Assembly (NCBI RefSeq): GCF_009914755.1
Contig: NC_060925.1
DNA length: 64,000 bases
Strand: one strand, 5' to 3'
Origin: the human T2T-CHM13v2.0 reference genome, Homo sapiens
Below the pieces are notes generated by a model that saw only the letters and a list, made by a program, of their open reading frames with translations, searched no databases and was not told the origin of the DNA. This document shows positions 34,071 through 47,764 of the stretch, one piece after another; the stretch's first letter is position 1, and the number at the start of each line of letters is the position of its first letter. A program made the position numbers and the translations under genes.

Positions 34071-35910
34071 TGAAGTCAGTGCTCCCAAACCCTGCTGCTA
34101 CTTTATCAACTAAGTTTATGTAATATCTAAATCCTTTGTTGTCATTTCACCACATTCGCAGCCCATTCCTCAGGAGTAGATTCCATCTCATCTCAAGAAA
34201 CCACAGTCTTTGCTTATCTATAAGAAGTCACTCGTTGTCCATTCAAGCTTACTGTGAGATTGCAGCAATTTAGCCTATCTTTGGGCTCCACTTCTAATTC
34301 TAGTTCTCTTGCTATTTCCATTGCACTGGCAGTTGCTTCATCCATTGAAGTCTTGCACCCCTCAAAGTCATTCATGAGGGTTGAAATCAACCTCTTTTAA
34401 ACTTCTGTTAATGTTGATATTTTGACCTTCTCTCATGAATTATGAATGTTCTTAATGACATCTAGAATGGTGAATCCTTTCCAAAAGATTTTCAATTTAC
34501 TTTCCTAGATCCATCAGAGGAATCATTATCTATGGCAGCTATAGCCTTATGAAATATATTTCTTAACTAATCAAACTTGAAAGACAAAATTACTCTCTGA
34601 CCTATGAAATGATATTGTGTTATGAAATGCTGTGAAATGGATATTGTGTTAGCAGGCATGAAAACAACAATCTCCTTGCACATCTCTGGCTCTTGGGTGA
34701 CCAGCCACATTGTCAATGAGCAGTAATATTTTGAAAGGAATATCTTTTTTTCTAAGCAGTAGTCTCAATAGTGGGCTTAAAATATTCAGTAAGCTGTATA
34801 TGCTGTAAATAGATGTGCTATCATCTAGGCTTTATTGCTCCATTTATAGAGCACAGCCAGAATAGATGTAGCATAATTCCTAAGGGCTCTAGGATTTTCA
34901 GAATGGTGAGTATTTGCTTTAACTTAAAGTAAGCAGCTGCATTAGCCCCTAGCAAGAGAATCAACCTCTTCTTTGAAGCTTTGAAGTCAGGCATTGACTT
35001 TTCCTCTCTAGCTATGATAGTCCAAAACGGCATCTTCTTCCAATATAAGACTATTTTGTCTACATTGAAAATCTGTTGTTTAGTGTAGACACCTTCATCA
35101 ATGATCTTAACTAGATCTTCTGGATAACTTTCTCTTGCTGTAGCTTCTGTATCAGCATTTACTGCTTCACCTTGCACTTTTAAGTTATGGAGATGTCTTC
35201 TTCTCTTAAACATCATGAACCAACCGCTGCAAGCTTCAAACTTTTCTTCTGTAGCTTCTTCACCTCTCTCAGCCTTCATAGAACTGAAGAAAGTTAGGGC
35301 TTTGCTCTGGATTAGGCCTTGTTAAAGGGAATTTTGTGGCTAGTTTGATCTTCTGCCAGACCACTAAAACTTTCTGCATATCAGCATTAAGGCTGTTTTG
35401 CTTTATCATTCATCTACTCACTGGAGTAGCATTTTAAATTTCCTTCAAGAACTTTTCCTTTGCATTAACAGCTTGGCTAACCATTTGGCACAAGAGGCTT
35501 AGCTTTTGGCCTGTCTCAGCTTTTGACATGCCTTCCTCACTAAGTGTAATCATTTCTAGGTTTTGATTTAAAGCAAGAGATGTGTAACTCTTCCTTTCAT
35601 TTGAACACTTAGAGGCCATTGTAGGGTTATTAATTGGCCTGATTTCAATATTGTCATGTCTCAGGGAATAGAAAGGCATGAGGAGAGGGAGAGAGACAAG
35701 GGAACAGCCAGTCAGTGGAGCAGTGAGAACACACACAGCTTTGATCAATTTTTTTCCAGCCTACATCATGCTTTGAATACATAATAGTAATTTAAAAGTT
35801 TGAAATATTGCGAGAAAATTACCAAAATGTCCAGAGACATGAAGTGATCACATACTGTTGAAAAAATGGCAAGACCTGCTTGATGCGGGGTTGCCACAAA
35901 CCTTCAATTT

Positions 35911-36697
35911 ATTATGCAGCCAACAAACATATGAAAAGAAGCTCATCATCACTGGTCATTAGAGAAATACAAATCAAAACCACAATGAGATGCCTTCTCA
36001 CACCAGTTAGAATGACCATCATTAAAAAGTCAAGAAACAACAGATGCTGGAGAGGGTGTGGAGAAATAGGAATGCTTTTACACTGTTGGTGGGAGTGTAA
36101 ATTAGTTCAACCATTGTGGAAGACAGTATGGCAATTCCTCAAGGATCTAGAACCAGAAATGCCATTTGACCCAGAAATCCCATTACTGGGTATAAACCCA
36201 AAGGATCATAAATCATTCTACTATAAAGATACATGCACATGTATGTTTATCATGGCACTGTTCACAATAGCAAAGACCTGAAACCAATCCAAATGCCCAT
36301 CAATGATAGACTGGATAAAGAAAATGTGTCACACATATACCATGGAATACTATGCAGCCATAAAAAAGATGAGTTCATGTCCTTTGCAGGGACATGGATG
36401 AAGCTGGAAGCCATCATTCTAAGCAAACTAACACAAGAACAGAAAACCAGACACCACATATTCTCACTCATAAGTGGGAGCTGAACAATGAGAACACAGG
36501 GACACAGGGAGGGGAACATCACACACTGGGACCTGTCAGGACATGGGGACTAGGGGAGAAATAGCATTAGGAGAAATACCTAATGTAGATGACGGGTTGA
36601 TGGGTGCAGTAAACCACTATGGCACATGTATACCTATATAACAAACCTGCACGTTCTGCACATGTACCCCAGAACTTAAAATATATATATATAAAAA
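35911..36697 (+). mobile_element. 5'-truncated L1PA7/8-like 3' end nested in Tigger1
   Basis: ORF2 C-terminal remnant ([30 protein letters not shown]) and 3'UTR ending cccagaacttaaaa. Confidence 0.9.
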
Positions 36698-36919
36698 AAC
36701 ACAGTATCTACTAAGTGCTATAAAGTGAAGCACAAGAAAACAAGCTGCCTATACTTTTATATTTACATATTGTTGTCTCTCAAACTAAAATGTAAGCTCC
36801 TCAAGGGCAGGGCCTCTGTCATAATCCATCTTTATGTGCCCAATATTATTCACAGTATCTGGCACATAGTGAGAACCTAACAAGTACTTATTAAATAGAG
36901 AAAATGTGTAGAGGGACTA

Positions 36920-37105
36920 AGAGGTTGGTCTCCAGAGACAGACTGGCCATGATGTGCAAATTCCTTAATCTGTATTTCCGTTTCTTTATCTATAAAGTGG
37001 GTACACTAATAGGATTGTTATGAGAATTAATTGAGTTATAATATGTAAATTGCTTAGAATATAGCTTGGTACATAATAAGCAATAGATGTAGACTTTTAT
37101 TGTTA
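36920..37105 (+). mobile_element. MIR SINE
   Basis: tttctttatctataaagtggg...aggattgttatgagaattaa...aaattgcttagaatatag. Confidence 0.7.
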
Positions 37106-39273
37106 TTGAGTGAATCAGTGGGGAAAGAGTACAAAATGTTACACCACATGGGCCCACCAATTGTACAATAGTTGCTTTTGACTCCTGCTGCCTGAATTCA
37201 AGATTTCCCTCACATTCTGGAAAGCCCCACACTCCAGGATCCTTTGTTTTTAAGTGCCTGCAGAATTTGTACTGGGTGACACAGTTGTTTGGCTCCAATG
37301 AGACTACCCTGCTAATATTTGTAAAGGGTGACCTTTCACAAAGGAAGACAATTGGCCTGAACTAAATAGCATTGTGTTGAGATACAAAAATTATTTGCAG
37401 GGGAGACCAGATATGGGTGTATTATTACCACAACACCAGGACTTCAGTCCAGGGTTCTCCTGCTCACCACACAGAAAGCCAATCACTGAGATAATGAGCA
37501 TTGCCAGGGAAGAAGGGTTTGAGTGCTTCAGCCAAGGAGATGAGAGACCAGTCTCAAATCTGTCTCCTCAACTGCCTAAAATTAGGGGCTCATGTGGCAG
37601 GGAAGAAATGTAACCATGTATGGGAAAACAGGAATCAGGGAGGAGTAAGGAAGAGGAACTGATCAATAGGAAGTAGATGGTCAGTGGGCAGTTATTATGG
37701 GTGAGGGGTCTGGCATCCCATTGTCCAGATGTGGTGATCTGGTAAGTTTCAGTTCCTTGATACTATCTGGGAGCCCTAATGGTTTCCTGAGAAAGGAACT
37801 CAGATAATACAAATATAAGTTTTTCAAGTTTTAATACTGAGAGGGTCAATTTCTATATTTATTCAAAAGAAACCATAAACATCACTTCTATGGGACAATT
37901 GGGCTGGTTCCAGTCCCGATCTTTCTATTTATCAGTTCCTCAATCATGGAGAATATGGTTGTCGATCTTTCGGGCTGCTTCATGCTAAAAAGGGGGCATT
38001 GTGAGCAGCTCCATACCATGGGTAACCACGTGGCCACCCAGGAATCAAACGTTAATTTAATACCATAGTTTTCTTCTGTGATACAATCTTTATGTCTCCA
38101 ATCCACTACTTCCACCAAAGACAAATCATAGCAGGACTAACCTACCTGAAAAATAAGCATCAGTCCCACTATACTTGGCCTGATTACCCATATAAAGTGC
38201 AGCAAGAATCATTGTCCATATAGGCTCTTCTACATTGGCTTTGCTGGAACCTCTCACAAGGAATCAGATTCAACCTCCAAAGGCCTCTCAAGCCTAGCCA
38301 AGGATCCATCTGTGTCTACAGATATTTACATGAATTGGGTGAACTCCTCTCTTTCCAAGGCCCCAAAAGAACTTGTGGTTCCTGGGCCTGCCAGGAAGGT
38401 GACTCTCTACTTACCACAGGCCAGGAACCCTGCAAAGGAACTGCATAGACAAGGTATGAGGCATCTTTCTAAGGGGTTCTCATTGGCTCTATAAAATCAA
38501 TGTGAATTCCTCAAAGCTGTGTGCTCATATCCCAAAACATGCCATTTTAGTCCAAGTCCTAGAAAATAACCAGTGCCTCCAATTGTTTCCAAATATAAGA
38601 GAAAACAGATTCTTACTGATCTTGCAAACAACCACATTGCAATGAATTAAGAACATTCACAAAGTTTCTGAATTCTGGATAAATCTGGCAGAGAGGGAGA
38701 AATATGCCTCATTTCTGTATACTCAATTGTTAAAGGCTATAAACAGCTCAAAAGAAAAAAATTCTGAAGACTCTGAGAAACAAAACAAAAAGAATCAGTA
38801 ATGTTTCAAACAAAAAAGAGCCATGAAAATTATTTCAATCCTCCTGTAGTTCAATCCATGCAATCAGCTCTTGTTCTGCTTTATATTAGGTTAGCAGTCT
38901 TTATGAACACATCAGCCTTTCAATTAGTGTTCTGGAAGTTTTCTCTCTGGTCCAATGGCACAATCTCCAAAGTTATCAGAAACCTGCAATCAGGAGTCCT
39001 TTTCATGAACTCTCCCAAGGAAGCCCTGGGTTGTAGCTGATTATAAGCTGCTTTTTGAGAAGAATCAAAGCAAAACAACAATTGTGGATGATAAAAATCT
39101 TAGGATAGCTATAGTCAAAGACACAATTGACAAGAAAGTTTGATTATTTCTGTGGCATCCAACAATTTAACATAAAAATCATAATTTTTACTAATAACAT
39201 ATTGAGACATATCAGAATTTCAGGAATCTCATACAATCCTAGAACATGTCTATATAAATATAACCCAAAGAAA

Positions 39274-39402
39274 TAATGCTAAATGATGAGTTAATGGGTG
39301 CAGCACACCAACATGGCACATGTATACATATGTAACAAACCTGCACGTTGTGCATATGTACCCTAAAACTTAAAGTATAATAATAATAAAATTAAAAAAA
39401 AA
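39274..39402 (+). mobile_element. L1PA3-like short 3' tail nested in the provirus
   Basis: taatgctaaatgatgagttaatgggtgcagcacacc...ccctaaaacttaaagtataat plus poly(A); TSD aaagaaa. Confidence 0.85.
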
Positions 39403-39424
39403 AAAGAAAGTTAAACACCATCTT

Positions 39425-39525
39425 GGCCAGGTGTGGTGGCTCACACCTGTAATCCCAGCACTTTGGTAGGCCGAGGCGGGCGGATCATGAGGTCAGGAGT
39501 TCGAGACCAGCCTGGCTAACATGGT
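39425..39525 (+). mobile_element. Alu 5' fragment (AluS), 3'-truncated
   Basis: First ~100 nt of Alu, ending abruptly at aacatggt with no tail. Confidence 0.85.
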
Positions 39526-40233
39526 TACCACTAGAATCTTCAAACCAGTACAACACTTGTACATACTTTGTTTTCAAGTACACACATGAAGGCCCAACAA
39601 TGATAAGGTTTGGGATCAAAAATCACTAGAATGTCTCACTTTTTTTTTTTACTACTACTTAATTCAAGTGACTGTCACTTAATATGAATAATGGTAAACA
39701 CAGCTAAAGTAATTTGAGAGAAACTCCAGTCAATATAATTTTCTAAAGGACAAGGTCAATCTTTCCTGAACATTAAAACTTTGTACCCATATCAAGTTTT
39801 TCCTCATTTTCTAAAGGAAAAGATCTGAAACCAACTCAAATTATTGACTAAATTGAATTACCTTGGAAATAAACACCATTTAAACATATCCACTCCCATC
39901 TACTTTTCCAAATAACAAAATATTGTACTATTTCTGTTCAGAACTTATAAAAGTAAGTCTTTTAATTTTGTCCAAGAGCTTTATAAACTCTTATAGATCA
40001 TTAAAGGAAAGCATAACCAATGCTAATGATCCTATAGATCATTAGAGGAGAGCAAAACCAATCCAAGTTTAAAAGGCTGGTGTGCTCTATCATTTTTTTT
40101 TTTGAGGCTTGACAAAGGTAGCTTAGGAATTTTAGATAGATAGAGCAAATGATGAATGTTGGAAAAACATGGGAAACCAAATGGCTATCCATAGAACCAA
40201 ATGCAAGCTTTTCATTAGGAACTGAAAACTCAT

Positions 40234-40545
40234 GGCTGGGTATAGTGGCTCACCCCTGTAATCCTAGCACTTTGGAAAGCCAAGGTGGGAGGATTGCTTG
40301 AGACCAGGAGTTTGAGACCAGCCTGGGCAATATAATGAGAACTTGTGTCTACTAAAAATTAAAAAAAAAATTAGCCAGATGTGGTAGCATGCATTTATAG
40401 TCCCAGCTACTCGGGAGGCTGCAGTGGGAAGATAGCTTGAGCCCAGGAGTTTGAAGTTGCAGTGAGCTATGATCATGGCATTGCCCTCCAGTCTATTCAG
40501 CCTGGGCAGCAGAGCAAGACCCTGTCTCAAAAAAAAAAAAAAAAA
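40234..40545 (+). mobile_element. AluJ nested in the provirus
   Basis: Diverged dimer with poly(A). Confidence 0.88.
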
Positions 40546-40969
40546 GAAACTAAAGAACATCAATGTATATATAAGTAATATGTATATATAAGTAAAACCC
40601 AAAGGAGAACAAACAGCAAATAAATGAAAATTAAAAGCAAAAACAGATAAATAGGAAGCCCCAAATTTTTCTCTTACTCAGATAACCTTGGAGGCTACAG
40701 TGTTACCCACAGCCTAAAACACAAAAGCACGTGACGGATATTTTGCTCCTGATATGCAAATGAATGTTCTTAAGTCCACCAACGCCCCTATACATTTTGT
40801 GCAATTAAGAAATTCACTTCAGGGATGTGACCAGTTAAGTACTTTAGTGCTAGTACTATCTATGCAGAATAGAAAATATAGTGTGAAACAAATCAATGCA
40901 AGCATTTAGTGAAATTTGGCTCCATGCTAAATCTGGCTTCGTGCTCAACAATATTAAAAAAGAATTGCT

Positions 40970-41311
<342 letters not shown>

Positions 41312-41761
41312 TTATCAAGACTAAGAGCTTTAACTATGAGCAATGTTAATTAGCCCAATATCTCAAACTTTCTCTCAGGTTTTAAAGAATATTTTACTGT
41401 CTAAACTTCCGTCTTCTCTGTATGTGCATGAAGGTAGACACACAGAGAAACAGAAAAAAAAAAAACTACATATGACTTACACAGAACAACAGAAGGACCA
41501 TGCATGGACTTTCTGTTTTGTCTTAAATTCTCTTTATTTTTAAATAGCCAGTTATTTTATTTTAGGACAAAAATTTACCGTTCCAAGATTCTTTCTCATA
41601 CAAAATTCTTTTTTACTTTATAACCTTTTTTAAAAAACCGAAAATACATCTTCATATCCATAACTTTCTTCACATCTCTCTCCCCTACTTACCAGTTCTA
41701 TTCTACCTTATTTCATAAATAACCTTTTCAAGCCCATAATTTGAACTAACCTTTAGATAAC

Positions 41762-42064
41762 TTTTTTTTTTTTTTTTTTTTTTTTGGAGACAGGGCCTTT
41801 GCTCTGTTGTGCAGTCTGAAGTGCAGTGGTGTGATCACAGCTCACTGCAGCCTTGACCTCCTGGACTCAAGCAATCCTCCCAACTTAGCCTCCCGAGTAG
41901 CTGGGACTACAGGCATGTGCCACCACACCTGGCTAATTAGGAAAAAAAAAATTGTAGAGATGAGGTCTTACTATGGTGCCCAGGCTGGTCTCAAACCCAT
42001 GGGTTCAACTTATCCTCCTGCCTTGGCCTCCCAAAGTGCTGGGATTATAGGCATGAGCCAGCCA
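41762..42064 (-). mobile_element. AluJ nested in the provirus
   Basis: Poly(T) followed by a diverged antisense dimer. Confidence 0.88.
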
Positions 42065-43719
42065 GTAACTTCTGAATTAAACAAAATTATTCTTTTTCTC
42101 AGCAATTTTATATACGGAATTACATATTACATATTAACTACAATTCTTATTCTTAGTATCCTTAAGTTTTAGTGAAAACCTAGGAAGCAAGAATCCTGAA
42201 CTGTCATATAAGATATTAGCATTTTATAGATAAGGACCATTCCACAATTTTTGGAAATATGTTTCCCTGTATCATAACCTTTTCTTGATTGGGAATTACC
42301 TAGACATCTAATGAACATCAAAAATGATTTTAAGATTTTAAATTACATCATGCCATTTCTATTTCATTCAGTTTTTTCATTTTTAACAGTTTTACCTAGA
42401 TTACTTATGAGAACTGAGATATTAGACAAAGCTAGTTGTCATTTCCTTGTTAACAATTTTGTAACCTGTGAATAGCAGTAAGGTCCTTAAAGTTAACTAC
42501 ATGGGTATTTTCACCAATACTCAGAAGACTCAGCTATATTCATTAAACCAACAACATTAAATTAGTCTTATTTGGCAAAAATTGCACAAAGATCATTTTG
42601 TTTTGGCTGAGTTTATAGCTTTATAATCTTCTGTGCCAAACCCTGACACCTCAAAATATCTACAGAGACAAATACAAAACCCAGACAAAAATGTATGCTG
42701 ACAATTCCAAAGTCACATCTACTTTTATCTCACCAATAATTTTAAAGCTAGATTGCTTATTAAAGATTTACATAAGTCACATGAACTTGAAACATGCTTG
42801 GATAGATTTAATTATGAGCTTTCTTTTATTTATAAGCCAATTTGGTAGACACAACATATAACATAATAAATGTTACACAATACATAAACATGTAAACATG
42901 ATACACAAACATAAAGCTCCAATAGCTTTTACTTTGGAACTCTGTAGCCATGAGATAGTAATACAAACTCACCAGTTTACAAACACGTTCACGTGGCTAC
43001 ACTTTGTTTACCCTGATAGGTAATCTAATGAAGGCTGAGACCCAAAATTTTGGGTAATGTCGTTTCCATGGCAGTTTGATTTTTAAAGGCCAAACCTCCT
43101 CATACTCCAAAGAACACTGAGGTCAAACAGCACCATAAAACATCATGTATTAACCAGGCCCGACCCAGCTTAGAACAGCAGCATAAAAGTCTGGATACAT
43201 GAAATTCCATCCCACTTTTTCTTTAAACATCAAAATGAGGCCCATGGAAAGGCCACACTTCTCTAGATTGCAAAGAATATTGGGGCAAAATAGTATTACA
43301 AAAGATCAGTTTATAAAATTCTGATTTCCCATGACTTTATTAACACACATATGTAGACAATCATCAAAACACCATCCAACTGCTGCAGCAACAAGCCCCA
43401 AGCATGTCCAGACTGAAACAGTCCAGGTGCTTTTCTCTCTCAATTGGTTGGGCTTGTTTAACCTGCAAAAGGAAACTCCTTCAGAATTCCCCTAATTGAG
43501 AGGAGCAGATCCTGCTGTCTGTTACCCATGAAAGACATCATCTGTCCAGATGCAGATGACAAATTTCAAAGGCTGTTCTTCCTAGGTGATCAGGAATGAA
43601 GTTGGAGCCAGCAGTGATAGTACCAGAGAGACAGAGAGAGAGAGACTGAAACCCATCTCTGGCCAAAAAAGGGGTTAGGCAGCTGCCTAGGAGGGCTTCT
43701 GAAACTCCTGGCCCATGCA

Positions 43720-43737
43720 TTCCCAATAAGGGAACCA
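43720..43737 (-). promoter_or_regulatory. Primer-binding site complementary to the tRNA-Glu 3' end
   Basis: Minus strand TGGTTCCCTTATTGGGAA versus expected TGGTTCCCTGACCGGGAA (15/18), 5 nt inside the 5' LTR boundary. Confidence 0.7.
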
Positions 43738-44924
43738 AAATCTGTTACCAAAACACCAGGGGTTCAGTCTAGGTCATGCTGCTCACCACACAGAAAGCCA
43801 ATTACTGAAATATTGCCAGGGAAGAAGGCTTTAATTGGGTGCTTCGCTTGAGGGGAGAGGAGACCAGTCTCAAATCCGTCTCCTCAACTAAAATTAGGGG
43901 TTTATGTGGCAAGGAAGAAATGTAACCATATGTGGGAAAACAGGAATTAGGGAGGGAAAAGGAGTAGTTGGGCAACAGGAAATAGGAAGTCAGGCGATCA
44001 TGACGGGTGAGGGGTGTGGCATCTCATTGTCCAGATGTGTTGATCTGGTAAGTTTCAGTTCCTTGATACTTTCTGGGAGGTCTTATGGTTGGTTTCCTGA
44101 GAAAGGAACCCAGATCAGACAAACTTTTTCAAATTTTAAGCCTGGAAGCTTCAATTCTATGCTTAGTCAAAAGAAACCATAAAGATCAGTTCTATGAGAC
44201 AATTGGGCTGGTTTCAGTGTTAGAACCACTCATCTCTACTCCCTCCCTCCCCTGTGGATGAGGTGGTACCATACTGCAGTAAGCATTGTGCTTCTCAGAG
44301 GAAGTGTTCCTGAACCCAAGTGGAAGGCTGGGTTATAAACCTTACCTTATCCTGGCTGCTCAGCTGATGGTTATTTGAATGGGAAAAGGCAAAACTTCTC
44401 CAAGAGGATAAAATGAGATAGGACTTATTTCTAGAGTGCTTGGTCCTGTAAAAATCTACTGGACATTTGCAGCCAATTTAGCCCTCTCTGTTTGGCTCCG
44501 AGGCCTAGAATGAGTCCTGCTTTCACTATACCAGACATGAACATTTCTTTACATTTTAGTGTAGAGAGCTAAGGAAACTCCAGTGGAATTTAGTAAACAA
44601 AGAAAAAAAAAAAAACAAGAAAAAAAATGACCAGTTTTTTCAGGGCCTGGAAATTATTCATTCTTGGGGCCTTAGGTCTCTAAGAAAAAGTTTGCAAAGC
44701 AGTTGTTTTAGCCTATTGTTTCCCAAAATATGTTCACTGTCTCCTTTTTATTCCTTTGAAAACTTGGGAGTCTCCTTTTTATTCCTTTGAAAACTCCGTA
44801 TGTCAAGAGAAGCTTGACATCAGGCAATAAACAGGTAGGGGATGGGGTAAGAACTTAAACGCTGAAATGTTTCCCATGAAAGGGAATAGAAGCATCTTCT
44901 GTTCTTTAAACTCATCTTTCCTTT

Positions 44925-45729
44925 TGATACGTGAGTGCTGGGAAGGGAAGAGCGTGGTTCCTTTAAATGATATGGAAGCGGGAAGGGAAGTGTTGGATAG
45001 CGGAGGACATGGTCCCTGGCTAGGGCTCCACCCCCACGGACCTAGGTGAGGACAGGCACTTGTGCCTTCACTCCTAAATGTTGCGTTTCCCAACACCACC
45101 CTGGCCTGCCATGCCCCCATCCTGGGCCTATAAAAACCCGAGACCCTAGCAAGGCAGAGACAGAAGTGGCTGGACGTGGAGCAGAGCAGATAGGCGGAGG
45201 AAGACACAAGTGGCTGGACGGTGAGAGGACACGGAGGGGAACACGCCGGCGGAAGAGCATTTTGACAGACACAGGCACTCAAGCAGGCTATTGACCAGCA
45301 GGTTTAGGCGGAGTTTGGCCAGGGCAGTCGGAGGAGAGCGCCCGCTGCCCAGCGGCCCAACTCCAGGGATAAACCATCTCCCTTCTGGCTCCCCCATCGG
45401 TGGACAGCTGCTTCCACTCAATAAAACTTTGCACTTATTCTCCAAGCCCACGATTCTTCCAAGGCAGGAACCTGGGATACAGAAAGCCGTCTGTTCTTGT
45501 GACAAGGTGGAGGGTCTGATTGAGCTGGTTAACACAAGCCGCCTATAGATGGCAAACTAAGAGAGCACCTTGTAACACACGCCCACTGGGGCTTCAGGAA
45601 CTGTAAACTCTGCTGTGGGGTGCCCAAGTCTGTATGCTCCCCTAGAGGTTTGAGCAGCAGGACACTGAAGAAGCGAGCCACACCTCCGTCACGTCCTGGG
45701 AGGGGGACAAGGGAACCTTTCCTATTTCA
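44925..45729 (+). mobile_element. LTR1-family (HUERS-P2-type ERV1) solo LTR, sense to RGL1
   Basis: TG...CA termini, perfect 4-bp TSD cttt (44921-44924, 45730-45733), TATAAAA at 45129-45135, AATAAA at 45420-45425, GC/CpG-rich. Confidence 0.82.
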
Positions 45730-46029
45730 CTTTAAGAGGGCAGAAATGAGAAAGAAATGACATTTTTTAAATTTTTCCTTAGCTAACAAATGTAGGGTGT
45801 CTGGGAAAGTTAGTAGTTCTTCCTACAGTAGTAGAAATTGAAAAACCTTCACTGGAAACTCTACTCCCATGTCCTGGCATCTGAGAAAGTTACCTGCTTT
45901 ACTTGATGGGAAACCTTGGTCTACAGGAAAGTTTGCTGATGAAGAAAATTTCAGAAAGGGGGAGATTTTGGGGTTGGCAGGCTCCTGTGTAGGAAACAGT
46001 TAACATTCTTTAAAAAAAATTTCACTCTG

Positions 46030-46350
<321 letters not shown>

Positions 46351-46399
46351 TCTGATATCTATAATCCCAATGCCTTTGTACATTATATTGTTCTCTCAC

Positions 46400-46720
46400 A
46401 ACACCTAGCTCTTACTCATCCTTCAGACTCTGGAAATTTTCCCTGATCTCTCTGCAGACCACATTATGTGCCCTTATCATTTTTTTCCTTCCTCCCTCCC
46501 TTCTTTCCTTCTTTCTCTCCTTTATTTTTTCCTTTCTTTCTGCGTTTCCTTTATGTACACTTATCACATTATATGGCAGTTATTTGTTTTATATTCTTTT
46601 CTAGTAGACTATGAGCTTCTAACACAAGGAACTGCACCTATCCTGTTCAATTTATACCACTGCAATGTTGAGATGTTTGTTGAATGAATGGATTAATTAA
46701 TGAACAAATAAAGGAATGGA
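46400..46720 (+). mobile_element. L2 3' end
   Basis: tagactatgagcttct...atgtttgttgaatgaatg. Confidence 0.65.
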
Positions 46721-47764
46721 CATATAACCATCTTTGCCTGTTTGTGTTTCGCCCTGAGATGAGCATGTGAGTGACAGGATTTCTGGGAATTAGTGGTGTT
46801 TTCTCTGATGTAATAGAAGAGCAGACCCAAGGCTCAGAATGGCACGTTTTATTCTGTGACTTGTACTTGCCAACAATAGGAACCATTATAATTTTACTGG
46901 ATTTCTGAGAATCAGCAACATATGTGTGTAGTAAAAATAATGACAACAAAAGCAAATAGCCTGATGAAAAGAGTCCTTAGCATGCAGGAGTCTTCCCACT
47001 CTGATTTACCCTTGTGGTCAGGTCACGCTTCCAAACTAACTCATTGTTGCCTCAAAACATTCATCTTAAGTAGTATGGATACAATGCAAGAACAAATCTG
47101 AATTTCTTCAAAGTAAAAATGTTGATCAAGGAATAAAAAAATGGCAAACAAAGAGACTTGAAACATTGTGATGGAAGAATCATACTGTATCAAGGTGGGA
47201 GGGGAAGTTATTTTTAAGGAATAATTGAGGGTGGTAGAGACTTGGGAAAGAAAAAAAAAAGCCAGGATTTCACATGGGAGTGCAGACAAATTATAATTTA
47301 CTAAGAGAAGTTCAAACTGCTGACAGTATTGTCACAACAAAAGTGAGTGATTGCCATATGCACAGAACTTACCGGAAGAAGTGTAGCAAGCCCCTTGATA
47401 CAAAGTATGCATATGAGGACAAGTAATCCTTTTGGACAGGGAACATGGTGTCTTCCATTTTCTGAAGGGATGCAGGGACCACAGGGAAGAAAGTGCAGAG
47501 GCTTCACTGTCCCAGACCTGAACTACAGAACCAAGCAGGTGCTGGCCACTAAGCAGACATAAGAATGTGAACTGAGAACTGAGAAGACATATAAATAAAT
47601 GTTTCCTAATTTTTTGTTTGTTTTGTTATGAAAGCAAAAAGGGCACTGCAGAAATGATAAGGGACAGATGATTTTTAAACATCTAGTCTCGTTATAAAAT
47701 CTTGTCACACCACAATCACAATGACTGTGGGACTGGGAGAAACTTGTCATTTGCCATCTTTAAC

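Larger units (their letters stand above)
33289..36751 (-). mobile_element. Full-length Tigger1 DNA transposon with decayed pogo/CENP-B-like transposase
   Basis: Both degenerate TIRs with TA flanks (33287-33288, 36752-36753). Transposase remnants [35 protein letters not shown]... (35434-35748) and ...[23 protein letters not shown]... (34821-35279). About 2.35 kb after removing inserts. Confidence 0.92.
33160..36900 (+). mobile_element. L2 3' end split by Tigger1 (L2 pieces about 33160-33286 and 36754-36900)
   Basis: tcacctcttccaggaag on the left; tgtaagctcctcaagggcaggg...tctggcacatagt on the right. Confidence 0.7.

Noticed and set aside
34821-35748. Transposase-like ORFs resembling TIGD1
   Set aside because: Fragmented, frameshifted Tigger1 remnants with no continuous frame, so not a domesticated gene.
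35911-36697. Possibility that this L1 piece is the segment missing from the 19915-25292 L1
   Set aside because: It corresponds to the 3' end, which the other element retains, and not to the deleted RT region.
44803-45548. Cluster of overlapping ORFs up to 159 aa
   Set aside because: They lie within the GC-rich LTR1 solo LTR, where stops are rare, and show no recognisable protein similarity.
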